Assembly (NCBI GenBank): GCA_964016885.1
Contig: OZ024746.1
Coordinates: 23,250,001 to 23,314,000, forward strand
From: Eledone cirrhosa
Lineage: Eukaryota
Length of the DNA: 64,000 nt
Direction: 5' to 3'
Positions 1 through 13,802 of this stretch are shown one piece after another (position 1 is the first letter of the stretch; every line of letters begins with the position of its first letter). The translations under genes were made by a program, and so were the position numbers. The notes under the pieces are model-generated. The model did not search any database. It saw only the letters and a list, made by a program, of their open reading frames with translations, and was not told where the DNA came from.

Positions 1-40
1 TGATTCTTTCCCTATGTTACTCTCTCTTCTTCTCTAAAAG

Positions 41-198
41 AAACCGGTTGCATTCAGACTTGTAGAAGGGTGGGCTTTGCCAGATTTAAAATGTTCAAGA
101 CATGCTGTATGTTACTACAGTGCAGTTATGGGTCCATATATACATACAGTACAATGTGGATATCCTGTCTCAGCTACAGGAGTTGAAACTTCAGAAAA
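41..198 (+). CDS. Probable internal coding exon of an unidentified upstream gene
   Basis: Pyrimidine tract plus AAG acceptor ending at 40 and GTGAGT donor at 199. Only one frame is open (KPVAFRLVEGWALPDLKCSRHAVCYYSAVMGPYIHTVQCGYPVSATGVETSE). No recognisable homology. Confidence 0.4.
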
Positions 199-3100
199 GT
201 GAGTTTTTATTGGAAGGGTGTATAATTCTTCTCAGTCTATTTCACTATTGAAGATGTTGGCTATACAAATATTGTAAAGATGTTGATGGTTATCTGCACT
301 TCTTGATAATTTGGTATAGCTGATAATTACGGGTTCTAGTTGCAATGAAACTGAACTTAAAATATTTATTATAATATTTGAAGGTTTGGCTGACTCATTA
401 GTGTGTCAGAATACATGCCTTGATGTTTGTTCTGGCTGTCTCTACTCTGATTTCAAATTCTGCTATGGTCAACTTTCCCTTTCATACTTTCAATATTGAT
501 AAAATAAAGTACCAATTCAAGGCAGTGAGTTTGTGAAATATGGATTCTTTGCAGTATCTGTTTTGGCTCTGTGTGTTCTTAGTTCAAATCCCACATCAGG
601 TAACTGGAAAATTGTTGACATTTCTGAGATGAGTTATGTCTAGCTGATAGTATACTCCTTCCCTAGCATGCTGGCCTCCCTTGGAATGTAACTGGCCTAA
701 AAGACCAAAAATATTCTTACATAGAATCATGATGAGTAGTTTTAATACAGCACCCAGTTCACCCTTGAAAGTGGTAGTGCTGATGCCATGACAAATGCAC
801 CCAGTCAACCCTGTAAGGTGGTCATGCTCATGACACAACAAAAAGCACCCAGTCCACATTGTAATGGTTAGCATTAGAATGGCATCCAGCTGTAGAAACC
901 AAGCCAAAGTACAGATCCGTATGAGCAAAACATGGTCACCTAACACCTGACATGTCTCATAACATGACAGCCTGTCTAATCCATGCAAGTCTGGAAAATG
1001 GACATTAAATGAGGATGATGTATAACAGCAGCAAGTGTTTTAAGGCCATTTTCCCTGCTAAAGCAGAGGTTAGCCATGCAGGCCCTATGAAATGGCATCC
1101 TTTTTAAAGCAATGTTTTATGGCCGGATGTCCTTCTTGCTGCCTAGCCTTTTAGTTGGCTCTTATGACATGCAGGAATATGGTTATAGTGTACCTGTTCG
1201 AAACCGGATACACACTGCATTTTAGAACAGGAGGTTTAAGGACAGTTATAGATGGTTTGGTATTAAAAGGTTAATCTGTTCTTACTGATATGTTTGCTTG
1301 TAGTTAGCTGATACAGTTGTATTGCTGTAGTGTTTCCTGAGCTGTTTGTTTGTAATGAAAGTAGTTGGGGATTTCCTGATAAATAAAGTAGAAAATTATC
1401 AGTAAGTAATAATCTTGATAAAAATAATTAGAACAAGTGTATAATTTGATGTTAATACTCATCTACACCAATAATTGTGTTAATTTAGAGCAAACAACTG
1501 TAAAAATATATATAGAAAATATGTCGCCTGATGCCCAGTATGCTGTCAGTATTTACAGAATATTTTCCTAATATTGTGTTAAACCTTTTGTTAAACCAAC
1601 TGAAGCTACATCTGGTTCTACAATACAAAGCTGTTTATTTTAAAGTGTTTATATTTTTCTAAAAAAAAACATTCATCATAATTTCATATAAGAACCTTTG
1701 TTAAGTTATACTCCAAACACCACTTAATAATGAGAATGTTAATTATACAATCAAATTTTTTCTAAATACTTAATTACATTGAAATTATTTGAAAATCATA
1801 GACAGTGTCTCCAGACACAAGCTTCAATCTTTTGTTACCATATTTCTAATGAAAGATACTGCCTTTGATTTTCAAATGATTTTGAAAATAATCAAGAATT
1901 TAAATACATTTAAAAAAATAAACTTTTTTGTTATTAAGTTGTTATTTAGACTTAAAAACTTAAAAAATGTTTTTACATGAAATTATGATGAAAGATTTTT
2001 TAGGTAAATATAAACACTATAAAACAAATAGTTTTGTATCATAAAACCAAGGACAGTTTCAAGAGTTTTGGTATCAAATAGGTTAATAATTGTTTCTACT
2101 TTTGGCACAAGGTCAGCAATTACCCCAGTGCATTACTAGTGCTTTATTTTATCGACCCCATAAGGAAGAAAAGTAACCTTGGCAGGCTTTGAACTGAGAC
2201 CGTAGAGGGCCATAACTCTATGTTACAAAGCATGGTGTCTAATGCTCTACCGATACAGCCGTTAGTTATATTACTAAATCTTTTCAAAATTATTTGATTA
2301 TGATAAGTAGTGTCTTTCATTAAAAATATGAAAACAATTTATTTTGTATCATAATTTTATGTAAAATTTTTAAGTTATGCTTCAAACATTAGATAAAAGT
2401 CAGTTATATTACTAAATCTATTAAAATTCTTGATTATTTTCAAAAGTATTTGAAGATCATAGGCAGTGTCTTTAATTAGAAATAGGATAAAGAAAGAGCC
2501 AATGTGTTATATATCTAAAAATCTTCCATCATAATTTTATGTAAAACTTTGTTATGCTTCAAACTCCAGATAAAAGACAGGAAAGTCAGTTATATTACTA
2601 AATCTCTTAAAATTCTTGATTATTTTCAGAATTATTTGAAATTGGTAATGAGAAGGTTAACCATATTGTGATAACTGTCATATCTTAACCACCATATGTA
2701 ACATTTGACCCAGTTAATGAATGAGACAATAACTCCAATGTTTATCTGTTCATTCCACATTCAAGCTGATTAGTTTACTGAATAAACCTCAATTTTTGAC
2801 ATTAACAACATTTTTTATAGAATAATGTTTTATAGAATAATTATTCTAATATAATGTGAGGGAGGATTCGAAATTTATTTCCTGGAGACCAGCTCTGGGT
2901 TGTGGACCATGATTTGATATTATACTGTAGTTGCTGATGATGATGATGATGATCCCTTTTTTTATATTGTTTTGTGATTTGATGAGTCTACCGTACATTT
3001 TTCTATGTTGTTTTGTGATTTGATGGGTCTACCGTACATTTTTCTATGTTGTTTTGTGATTTGATGGGTCTAATATGTTATGTATCATCTCCTTCAGCAG

Positions 3101-3465
3101 AGAAAATGGCCTCTAAATACTTGTTGTTGTTGTAAATATATATACAGGCCAGTGTCTCTTCATATCTGGTCACTTTACCACTTTGGTTCTGCTCTACTTC
3201 ATGTCTGTGTTAACATCATACATCCAACAAATCATAAGCAATTTCCTGTTGCCAACTGAGGTAATTTCCTCTTCTATAGCAGCAACCACTGCCTATATCT
3301 CACTGCCATATCTACACACAAGGCTTTACTTTCTACACATGCCTTATATAATATCACTTTTGTACTGAGAGAGAGAGATATATTGGGGGTGGGAGGAGGA
3401 GGAGGGGGACATTTATTCCAATTGTATAACCAGAACAACTCTTGGAATATCCTGCAATATTCTTT

Positions 3466-3810
3466 GGAGGCACATGGCTTAGTGGTTAGAGCATTGGCCT
3501 TGCAATCGAAAGGTTATGAGTTCAATTCTCAGACTGGGTGATGTGTTGTTTCCTTGAGCAAGACACTTTATTTCACATTGCTCCAGTTTACTCAGCTGTA
3601 GAAATGAGATGATAGGGACTGGGGTCCATATCATTCCACTGCAAAGTGGTCGTGGAGGTGCCACGGCATAAAAGCACCCAGCACTCACTGTAAATGAGGT
3701 TGGTGTTAGGAAGGGCATCCAGCTGTAGAAATCAAGCCAGAATCAGTTCCCGTCCCACCCTTGCAAGCAGGGAAAAGCGGACGTAAAATGAAATGATGAA
3801 ATGATGATGA
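3466..3810 (+). mobile_element. tRNA-derived SINE with CORE-like domain and RTE-type (GAT)n tail
   Basis: A-box TGGCTTAGTGG, B-box-like GAGTTCAATTC, CORE-like CCTTGAGCAAGACACTT, tail GCAAGCAGGGAAAAGCGGACGTAAAATG(ATG)n, ATTCTTT on both flanks. Related heads near 15357, 42130-42262 (minus) and 57293. Confidence 0.8.
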
Positions 3811-3884
3811 TTCTTTCTCGTTGTTGTTCTCTATTATTTTACCCCCTTACTCTACTGATTGTAGGCTCTCCCTTTCTGCTCTAA

Positions 3885-4062
3885 TAATTGTTTCTACTTT
3901 TGGCACAAGGCCAGCAATTATCCCAGTACATTACTGGTACTTTATTTTATCGACCCCATAAGGATGAAAGGCAAAGTTAACCATGGCGGGATTTGAAATA
4001 AAACCATAAAGAGATGTAACTCTATGCTGGAAAGCATGGTACCAGACCCTCTACCAATACTG
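3885..4062 (-). mobile_element. tRNA-SINE, Nin/Deu-domain-like family copy
   Basis: Reverse complement matches the copies at 16562 and 47461. A further minus copy lies at about 2087-2260. Confidence 0.8.
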
Positions 4063-4304
4063 CATGGCAGACCCTTGCCTGTAACTGAGCCTGTGCAAAG
4101 CTGATAGTAGGCCTAGGTCTAGTTTTAAATGTAGGCCCATGCAAGGTTGTTAATAGGCCCAGCCCAGATTTTTATATGTAGGTTTCCAAAGCTGATAATA
4201 TATCCAGATCCAATGTAAAATTCATGACCAATCTTGCCTCAAGTGGGACAATTCCCATCTAACCCATGCTAGCGTGGAAGATAGACATTAAATGATGATG
4301 ATGA

Positions 4305-4343
<39 letters not shown>

Positions 4344-4345
<2 letters not shown>

Positions 4346-4521
4346 ACGCAGTAGAGGTAGACCATGTAAAACATGGACGGAGGTGGTGAGAGCAGACCTC
4401 AGATCGCTGAAACTCACCGAGGAGATGATGAAGAACCGTGACAAGTGGAGAGATGCTGTGTTGAATAGGACCTGTCCAACCTTGCAAGCAGGGAAAAGCG
4501 GACGTAAAATGATGATGATGA
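4344..4521 (+). mobile_element. 3' end of an RTE-clade LINE
   Basis: Encodes RGRPCKTWTEVVRADLRSLKLTEEMMKNRDKWRDAV, typical of an RTE ORF C-terminus. Ends in (ATG)n and sits between (TA)n tracts. Confidence 0.8.
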
Positions 4522-4522
4522 T

Positions 4523-4560
<38 letters not shown>

Positions 4561-6369
4561 CAACCCTTATCGAGTCCTCTCTGAATTTTGGTCTTTGTAT
4601 TTATTATTACAACTGTCAAATATAAGGGTCAAGGGCTGCAGTGAAAGGGTAGATTATAGGGATCATTTATATGGGTTGTAGATTATAGGGATCAAGAGAG
4701 AACATATATAGGTGGTGGTGGTGGTAGAGAGTAATAATGGGGATAGTAGGCATAATAATGATGGTGGGGATAGTGGTGGTTGTGGGAATGGTGGTGGTGA
4801 TGGTTGTAATGCTGATGGTGGTGGTAATGATTATAATGATGGTGATGATGATAATAGTGATGATGGTGATACTTAATCTAAGACAATTTTATATATTTGT
4901 GTAATAAACAGGATATTTTTAACTTAATCTCTTCCAATAAAATTAATCTGTTAATTACACACATCTCTACAAATGAAATAAATCTATCAAGCAACTCACA
5001 GATTATAACCAAAATATATTTAACAAGAAATCTGGAAATCTGGATTAGTATTTCACAGTTATTCTGCAAAAAATGCTTAACCCTTTTGATACGAAATTGC
5101 CTGAAACTGCCCCTGGTTCTATGACACAAAACTATTTATTTTAAAGTGTTTATATTTATCTAATCATAATTAAGTTATGTTTCAAACACCAGCTTAATAG
5201 TGATAGAGTTAGTTATATCACTAAATCCCTCAAAACTCTTGATTATTTTCAAAATTATTTGAAAATTGTAAGCAGTTTTTCATTAGAAATCATCATCATC
5301 ATTGTTTTTATGTCTGTTTTTCCATGCTTGCATGGGTTGGACGGCTCCTTTTTAACACAGCGTCTCTCCACACATTACAATCCTTTATCATGTCCACTGT
5401 GAGTTTCAGTGATTTGAGATCAGCTCTGACCACCTTTGTCTAGGTTTTCCTTGGTCTTCTTTGGCTTCCTTCCACTAGGATTTCTTGGCACTTCTTCACC
5501 CAGTGATCACCATCCATGCACATTACACCTCCATACCAACACAGGTTAAATTGTAGAAGTATTTCTGTATGATAATTATCATGGTTTTCATCATCATTGA
5601 TTTAGCATGTGTTTTTCAATGCTTGCATGGGTTGGATAAGAGTTTTTGAGACAGAATTCAATGATACCCTTCCTTGTTTAAGATAATTTTTTTTAATGTT
5701 CACAGTAAGATGATCTTTGCATGTCTAACCACTTAGTAACTAAACTTCTATTTATGCAGTACAAAAACCAATATTACTATTTGTGGTAGTGCTATTAGAA
5801 TGATCTAGACATTGAAGACAATTTCATTAACTTCTACCAACAGTAGCAGTGAATGAGTTACACTTTGGAGATAATCTCATTCTCTACTACCAACAGTGAA
5901 TGAGTTACACTTTGGAGACCAACAGTAGCAATAGAGCTGCAAACATCTCTTATGTTTTAAAATTAGCAGTTTCTTTTACACATTGTTTCTGGTTTGAGGT
6001 TAGCCTGACCTGATTTCTATTCAATTTAAGGCAGTAATTTATTTTAATAACATGCACTCATTAAAAGAATTGCAATTATGAGAATAATTATTTTGTTTTG
6101 TTTTTGGCAACAAAGAATGCCTGTAAACCCAGTAATCATTTTACCATATCTTATACATGTTGGTGACACATTCTTAATTCTTCAAGTGAAGTACAATGTA
6201 GCAATATAAGGAATTTATATAATCTTTGATAAAATATATTTTTATCATATCTTATCCAACAGTTGCCTAAAAATGCTGTATGTTAATACACTGTCCCTAC
6301 GACTCCCTCGGGAGTTACAGGACCATGCATACAGGCATCCAACAATGGTTCTCTGAAGTTTTTTGTTCT

Positions 6370-6755
6370 AGCTGGTGCCACAATAAAATGTTCCGAGTAC
6401 AGTCTGTAAAGTGATAGTGTTAGCGTTATCATTAAATGTACCCAGTAGATTGATATTACTGTTGCCATGGTAAAATACACCCAATACTCAATGTAAAGTG
6501 GTAATTCTGTGACCATGATGATATGCACCCAGTTCACACAATGAATTGGCAATGCTGGTGCCACAATAATACATCCAGTTCACACTATGAAGTGGTAGTG
6601 CTGGTATCATGATAAAATGCACCCTATTCACACTATGAAGTGGTAGTGCTGGCATCGTGATAAAATGCACCCAGTTCACACTATGCAATAGTAGGGCTGG
6701 TACAATGATAAAATGTACCCAGTACATTCTGTGAAGTGGTTGGTATTAGGAAAGG
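6370..6755 (+). repeat. About 45-bp tandem units of the LINE-3'UTR-related repeat family
   Basis: Repeats of ATAAAATGCACCCAGTTCACACTATGAAGTGGTAGTGCTGG ending in GTGGTTGGTATTAGGAAAGGC. Confidence 0.7.
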
Positions 6756-6979
6756 CCATAAAAGGAAACTTGTATTGCAAGTGACCGACACTTTTAAGGT
6801 TTGTTATCAGATGCTTGAACTTGTAAAACCAATACCACTATATGTCTTACAACAATTACTGTATGGAACATGTATGTGTGTGTAAACACATTAGGCTTCT
6901 GTACAGTTTCTCTCTACTGAAGTCCACACATATGGTATCATTGGTCAACTAGATGTTATGGTAGAAGACACTTCATAGC

Positions 6980-7262
6980 ACAATAACACCATGTGGCTGT
7001 GGCCTCCATAATTCAATGATAACATGTGGCTGTGGTCTCTAGCTCCATGGAAATATGTGGCTGTGATCTCCATTGCTCAATAGCGCCATGGGGTTGTAGT
7101 CTCCGTAGCTCCATGGCAACATGTAGCTGTGGTCTCCATAGCAACATGTGGATGTGATCTCCATAGCTCAATGGCAACATGTGGGCGATCTCCACAGCTC
7201 AATGGCAACATGTGTCTGTGATTTCCATAGCAACATGTAGCTGTGGTCGCCATAGCAACAAT
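6980..7262. repeat. Degenerate minisatellite
   Basis: Recurrent GCAACATGTGGCTGTGGTCTCCATA units. Confidence 0.75.
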
Positions 7263-7823
7263 AACTGAATAGTAGCCACATGTAAGAAAATCATGGATTA
7301 TAATTCAATAAAATATCAAAAGTAGAACTAATACAGATAAACATTCTGATGGACAGGAGAGCTAGGCATAGACCCTGAGCAAAATAGTTGGATAACATCC
7401 ATGAGCTTGGCTGGATTCACTTGGCGATCCAGCTGGATCAATTGGAGACAGTTGCTTCTGACAGAACCCCCTGGAAGGAGTGTTTGAGGGCTCTGCCCCC
7501 ATGACCTTCCCAGCAATATGTGGGAGAAGAAGAAAATGAACTATCATTGCAGTCATTTGTGTTAGAACTTCATTTTAAATTTCAAATTTTCCCAATGCTT
7601 AAGTCAATCAAATATTTACAAATTAAACTTTGTTTATAATGAGGGGTTTTGACATTATGTTAATTAATGACTTTTGATATGATAATTAAATGTAATGACT
7701 TATTTAGACACAGTAGCTCTCATGTCATGTGACCTGACATATAAGTCGGTTAGTGTATTCCACTATGTCCTGTCTTGAGCCAGATTTTTTATGTTCTTCC
7801 ATCTTTTGTTGACCAATCTAAGG

Positions 7824-7854
<31 letters not shown>

Positions 7855-8007
7855 CTATATATATATATAGTAATAATAATAAATTTGAAGACTAAAATCC
7901 AAAGAGGGGTCGATAAGGATAAATATATATCAAATATATAAGAACCATAGAGCAAATATTTTCAGAAGATCCCGTTAAGGGTGAAAGCAGCGATTCTTTG
8001 CTTAAAC

Positions 8008-8090
<83 letters not shown>

Positions 8091-10556
8091 AGAGAGAAAG
8101 AGCTATATATGTATATAGCTATATATATATGTATATAGCTGCAGACATGGCTGTGTGCTTCAGTTTAACTGCATGGCACCTTGGGCAACTGTCTTCTATA
8201 ACATTGGGTTGACCAATGTTTTGTAAGTGAAAATAGGTAGATGGAAACTGTGTGGAAGCCCATCATATATATATATATATGTGTGTATTTACATTTAGTG
8301 TTTGTTTATACACCATAACTTAGCAGTTTGACAAATAAAAATCGATAAAGTAAGTACTAGGCAGGAAAAAAGACTAGTACTGTGGTTGATATGATTGGTT
8401 AAATCTGACCCAGACAGTGCCCCAGCATGGACACAGTCTAATGACTGAAACCGGTAAAAAAAAATAAAAGAATATATACTTAGTGCAGAAAACAATTAAT
8501 ATATATAATAATAGAGTTCACATCTATTCATAGATAATGTGAAGACCACCCAAATGACTCGACAAATATTTCAGTTAAATTGTGAGAAAGAATTCATCAT
8601 CATTGTATTACGTATATGATTACATGGGTTGGTCATTGTAAATCACTGGATACAACCTAAATTATCTCATTAGATCTAGTATATAAAATTTTATTAACCC
8701 TTTTGATACCAAAGTGCTTGAAACTACCCAGTTTTATATAAAGCTGTAACCCCTTTGAAACCAAACTGCCTGAAACTACTTTTTATTTTACAACATAAAA
8801 CTGTTTTAGAATTATCTTAAAAAAACTTCAATCATAATTTTATGTAAGAACCTTTGTTAAGTTATGTTCCAAACATCAGCTTAATAAAAAGGAAGTTAAT
8901 TTACTAAATCTCTTTATTATTCTTGATTATTTTCATAAGTATTTGAATATCATAGACAGTGTATTTCATTAGAAATACAGTAATGAAAGAGCCAATGTGT
9001 TATATATATATCTAAACACCTTCCATCATAATTTTATGTAAAACTTTTGTTAAGTTATGCTCCAAACACCAGAAAAAGACAAAAAAATCAGTTATATTTT
9101 TAAAATTCTTAAAATTCTTGATTATTTTCCAAAGTATTTGAAGATCATAGGCAGTGTCTTTGATTAGAAATAGGGTAAAGAAAGGGCCAATGTGTTATAT
9201 ATATCTAAAAATCTTTCATCATAATTTTATGTAAAACTTTAAGTTAGAAGTTAGAAAAGACAGGAAAGTCAGTTATATTACTAAATCTCTTAAAATTCTT
9301 GATTATTTTCAGAATTATTTGAAAACTATAGGCAATGTCTTTCATTAGAAATATGGTAATGAGAAGGTTAACCATATTGTGATAACTGTCATATCTTAAC
9401 CACCATATGTAACATTTAACCCAGTTAATGAGTAAGACAATAACTCCAATGTTTATCTGTTCATTCCACATTAATTGAATAAACCTCAATTTTTTACATT
9501 AACAACATTTTAGATATTTCCATTTTATTAAGTAATTCTAATATAATGTGAGGGTTGGAATTTTATTTTAGAATGTTAACTTAATAATGAGAAACTTAGT
9601 TATTTTATAAATCCCTCCAAATTCTTGATTATTTTCAATATTATTTGAAAATCATAGGCAATGTCTATGATTTAGAAATATGATAACAAATTGGTTAAGA
9701 ATATAAGTTCGAGTCCAAGTCTGTTTCAAGCCTGGAGGCTTATCTGGTCAGGGCATAACCCAGTTTCCTTGGCATTAAGTAACTAAGAGTACAAAACCTA
9801 CCAACTAGACAGGATGCCTGTCTTTCATAGGGTTAACTCCCAGTTAATTCTGGTACACATTTTCTGCTGAATATATTGAAGTAATGTGAAATGAAGTGTT
9901 TTCCTCAAGAACACAACGTGGCACCTTGTCCAGGAATTGAACCTATAACATTATGATCGTAGTCCTACACTAAGAATATAAACTACTAAGAATATAAACA
10001 AAGTTATTTATTCAACATATGTCCACAGTTCAATTCTAGAGTTGACAAAATAATAATTTGAAATTTTAACATTTATTGAATTTTCAAAAAAAAAAAAAAG
10101 TATTTATTTGACTTGACTACCAATTATTTTTATTGATAATGTAAAATATATTTTATTGGGTTTAATTAAATCTTACCTGAAGAATAGATAAATGTCAACA
10201 CAACTTTTTTTAAAAAAACAAACACCAACACATGACTGTGTATGATCTATTTGTGTGATCTAATCTTGGTTAATCTCCCCTCATTGAGAATATGTTGATA
10301 TTTTCTGACATTTCCAGATCATCGGATAATATTAAAAAAGAATGATGATGATGAGGAGGATGATGATAAAAACAGCAATAAAACAAAAAGGTTACATTGT
10401 GGTAGATAATGAGGTGTTTAGAAGCCTGAAGACAAAAGATTTCTTAAGAAGAAGCTTTATAAAATAATATATCTGTTATGATTTAATCTGCTAACATTTG
10501 TTTAGAAACTGATAGAGGCTGTGTCAGACATACTACAGCATCAACTGACTGATATA

Positions 10557-10880
10557 CAGTGGAATCCTGGTTCACGAACTTAATTCATTCCTGAAAGCCG
10601 TTCATCAATTGTTTGTAAATCAAAACTATTTTTCCCATATGAAATGTTGAGAGAGAAATACAGTGAAAGAGAGAGATTGTGTGTGAAAGACAGATAGATA
10701 TCACCACAGTTAGTAAGTACATAGCAAGTGATACTTTCCTGCTCATACTCCAAGCTTGTTGCCAGCTTGCATGTTCGTTACTCGAGATACAGTTCGTGAA
10801 CTAAAATGTTTTGTTTGGAAAAATTGTTTGTGAACTAATTTGTTCGTGATGAGAGCTGTTTGTGAACTGAAATTCCACTG
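10557..10880. mobile_element. Tc1/mariner (Tigger-like) MITE
   Basis: TA|CAGTGGAATCCTGGTTCACGAAC ... TTTGTGAACTGAAATTCCACTG|TA: imperfect TIRs with TA duplication. Confidence 0.8.
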
Positions 10881-11115
10881 TAGTACAATAATTCTTTAGC
10901 AGACAACACTACTGATACAGTAATTCCTCACCTGGCAGAATCATAGACCTTCATTTTTGGTATGAAGCAGGTGTTCTATATCTCTCTATGTGCTAGCAAC
11001 ACCTGTCCAAATTTACTTGATTTCAACATGTCAAACATTTACCTAAATATCGAAGAGTTTGTCATTTGGTTGTTTTTAAATTAGTTCACTTTCCACTTCT
11101 CTCCTACCCCTCGTG

Positions 11116-11147
<32 letters not shown>

Positions 11148-11474
11148 CATAACAACTTCCCTAGTGTTGGTGATCTACATGATAATAAGATAATGAGCAC
11201 ACCCAGTACACTCAGTAAAACAGTTGGTGATATTAAGGTCATCCAGCTGTGTGTGTATATCTATCTATATATATATTATGTATATATATACATATATATA
11301 TATATATTTGGAGAGGAAAAGAAAGAACAAATGGAAGTGTATATATTCACTCGTGTTTTATCAAGGTTACTTCCTCTCAAATGTGTGTATGTGTATATAT
11401 AAGTTTATCCTGGGTTCAATCGGGGTAACCACTGTAAGTAAGGAACTCAATACTTAGCAGAGTATAAATATTAA

Positions 11475-11540
<66 letters not shown>

Positions 11541-11777
11541 GATTGGGAAGACTCTTCAGCTGTCAAAACAGTGACAACTGCCTTCGTGTTGGTGCCATGA
11601 TAAAATGCCCTCAGTTGAACGTGTCATCTTATGCCAAGCCCCCAGTCTACTTGAAGATCGGAGGTTCCGCTTGAGCACTGGCCAGTCTGTGATAACATGT
11701 CCAACCCCTACTATCACAGAAAATGGATGTTAAATAATATATATGTGTGGGTTTGTGTGTTTATGATTATCATCATC

Positions 11778-11851
11778 ATCATCTTCGTTTAACGTCCATT
11801 TTCCACTCTAACCCATGCTAGCGTGGAAAATGGACGTTAAACGAAGATGAT
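11778..11851. repeat. Perfect 29-bp inverted repeat made of two retroelement 3' tails
   Basis: ATCATCTTCGTTTAACGTCCATTTTCCAC, 16-nt spacer, GTGGAAAATGGACGTTAAACGAAGATGAT. Confidence 0.9.
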
Positions 11852-11961
11852 TGTTTAATACCAATTTAAAGCAAAGTTTGAGCATGTTAGGATATGAACT
11901 CAGAAAGCAGTAAGCTAGAACAAATATCAAAGCATATAAACCAATGTCCTAATTTCTCTAT

Positions 11962-12021
<60 letters not shown>

Positions 12022-12399
12022 GTTTATATTTTAGCACACACGCACACATAGATATCATTTTACATTCAGTTCCATGTTAACATAGATTTGATGGGTCATT
12101 ATGGCTTGAGTTATTTCTTATTCAAAGATGCTGCCCTCCTAAACTTGTAGCCGGCCACAAGTTTAAAGTGTATTAAGTACATTTATCAAGACACCAACAT
12201 TGGCGAGATTATGTCTGCATCAAAACTAAAGGGTTTTCTCAACATTATGTTGTCTCCGTTCATTTTCTGACCACTGTACAGGATGTACTGGGTACATTTA
12301 ATTGTGGCATCAATACCAGTGAGGCTGTGTCTACAGCAGGACTAAAAGAACCTTTTGACTCTGCATCATATCTGTTTATTTGCCAACCTCTGTTTAGAG

Positions 12400-12718
12400 C
12401 AGTGGTCGCCTATTTTTCGGACCACTAAATTCATAATTTTAAATCCCGCAGACCATTGATATGAATTAATGGTCAATAGTCGAAACAATACTGAAGCGTA
12501 CATATGTCACATTGTCGATAGATGATACATATGTGTAAAATTCTTTCATGGATGTTAGAGAAACATTTTTAGAGGAGGAGGGAGGGGGTATAAAATAATT
12601 TTTAATCAAATATTATTTTTGTTTTATTATTAATAAGACATAAGAATTGCAAATAATGTCCACATTTTTTCTGCGGACCACCGAAATTTTCTCTTGGACC
12701 ACCAGTTGGCGACCGCTG
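12400..12718. mobile_element. hAT (Charlie-like) MITE
   Basis: TIRs CAGTGGTCGCC / GGCGACCGCTG with an 8-bp TSD GTTTAGAG / GTTTAGGG (7 of 8 match). Confidence 0.85.
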
Positions 12719-13766
12719 GTTTAGGGTGTACTGGGTACTGAATGAATTTTGTCATAGCACCAGTATTAGCAAAGTTTCTTTGTGCCCTACCAGTCTAAAG
12801 AGTTCTCACTATTCTATGCTGTCTCCGCTTTTACAAAGCAATGTGGCCATCATGTGAAGTAGAAGAGACAACGATGTCAGCAGAACCAGAGCAAGTGGGT
12901 GACAGATGAGAGTATAATGGGGGAAATAATGTGGCAGAAGAGAGACATGTTTCTAATGAGAGAGATAGATAAATAGAGATAGAGAGAGAGAAAGCAAATA
13001 ATGGATAGCGATAGAGATGGGTGATAGTGTGAGCGTCATAGATGTCAAGTGAGAGTGAATAATGAATGTGGCCTGAGCGGAGATAAATTGCTAGCTGTAT
13101 AGAAAAGTGATGCTGCAGTACACACACACACACACAAATAAAAAGCTGTAAATTTCACTTAAGTAATCTATATATTTTTTCAGTTTTTTGCCTCTGCTAT
13201 GGGAAAGCTGGTGTTATTTCTCAAATATATTTAATTTTAGACAAGAGATAAAACGAACCACTGTAAAACAGCTTCAACATAACTTCGTTGATATTTACAT
13301 AAAGGGAGGTAATTCCCGTTGTCTTTTTGTGGAAAACATTTTCCCTGTGTTATTGTTTATTCTGTTACTATCATAGGTTATGTGTTTCAGGCATCTAACT
13401 GCGGCCATGTTGGGGCACCGGCTTCAAGGGATTTAGTCAATAATATCAACCCCATTAGTCTTTTTTTTCCTAAGTCTGCTATTTATTCTATTGATCTATT
13501 TTTTGTCGGAGTGCCAAGTTACGGAACATAAACAATAAACGTAAACGCAAATACGGACGGACACAAACACGAGGATAGGCTGACTATGAAGAAGTGATGC
13601 TAGAGCTGTGAAATCTTGCATGCATTAATTTCAACTCTTCTTATTAATAACTGCCTTGTTTCCATCCAGGGACCCAATGTTGAAAAATAAACCTCATGAG
13701 AGTACCTTGGTCAGCCTATGAACTTTTCAGCCGACCTTCTCACTCACTCTCTCTCTCTCTTTCTCT

Positions 13767-13802
<36 letters not shown>

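Noticed and set aside
7960-8000. Possible hammerhead CAGAAGA-TCCC-GTTAA-GGGT-GAAA
   Set aside because: Core deviates from CUGANGA and no stem I or III could be built.
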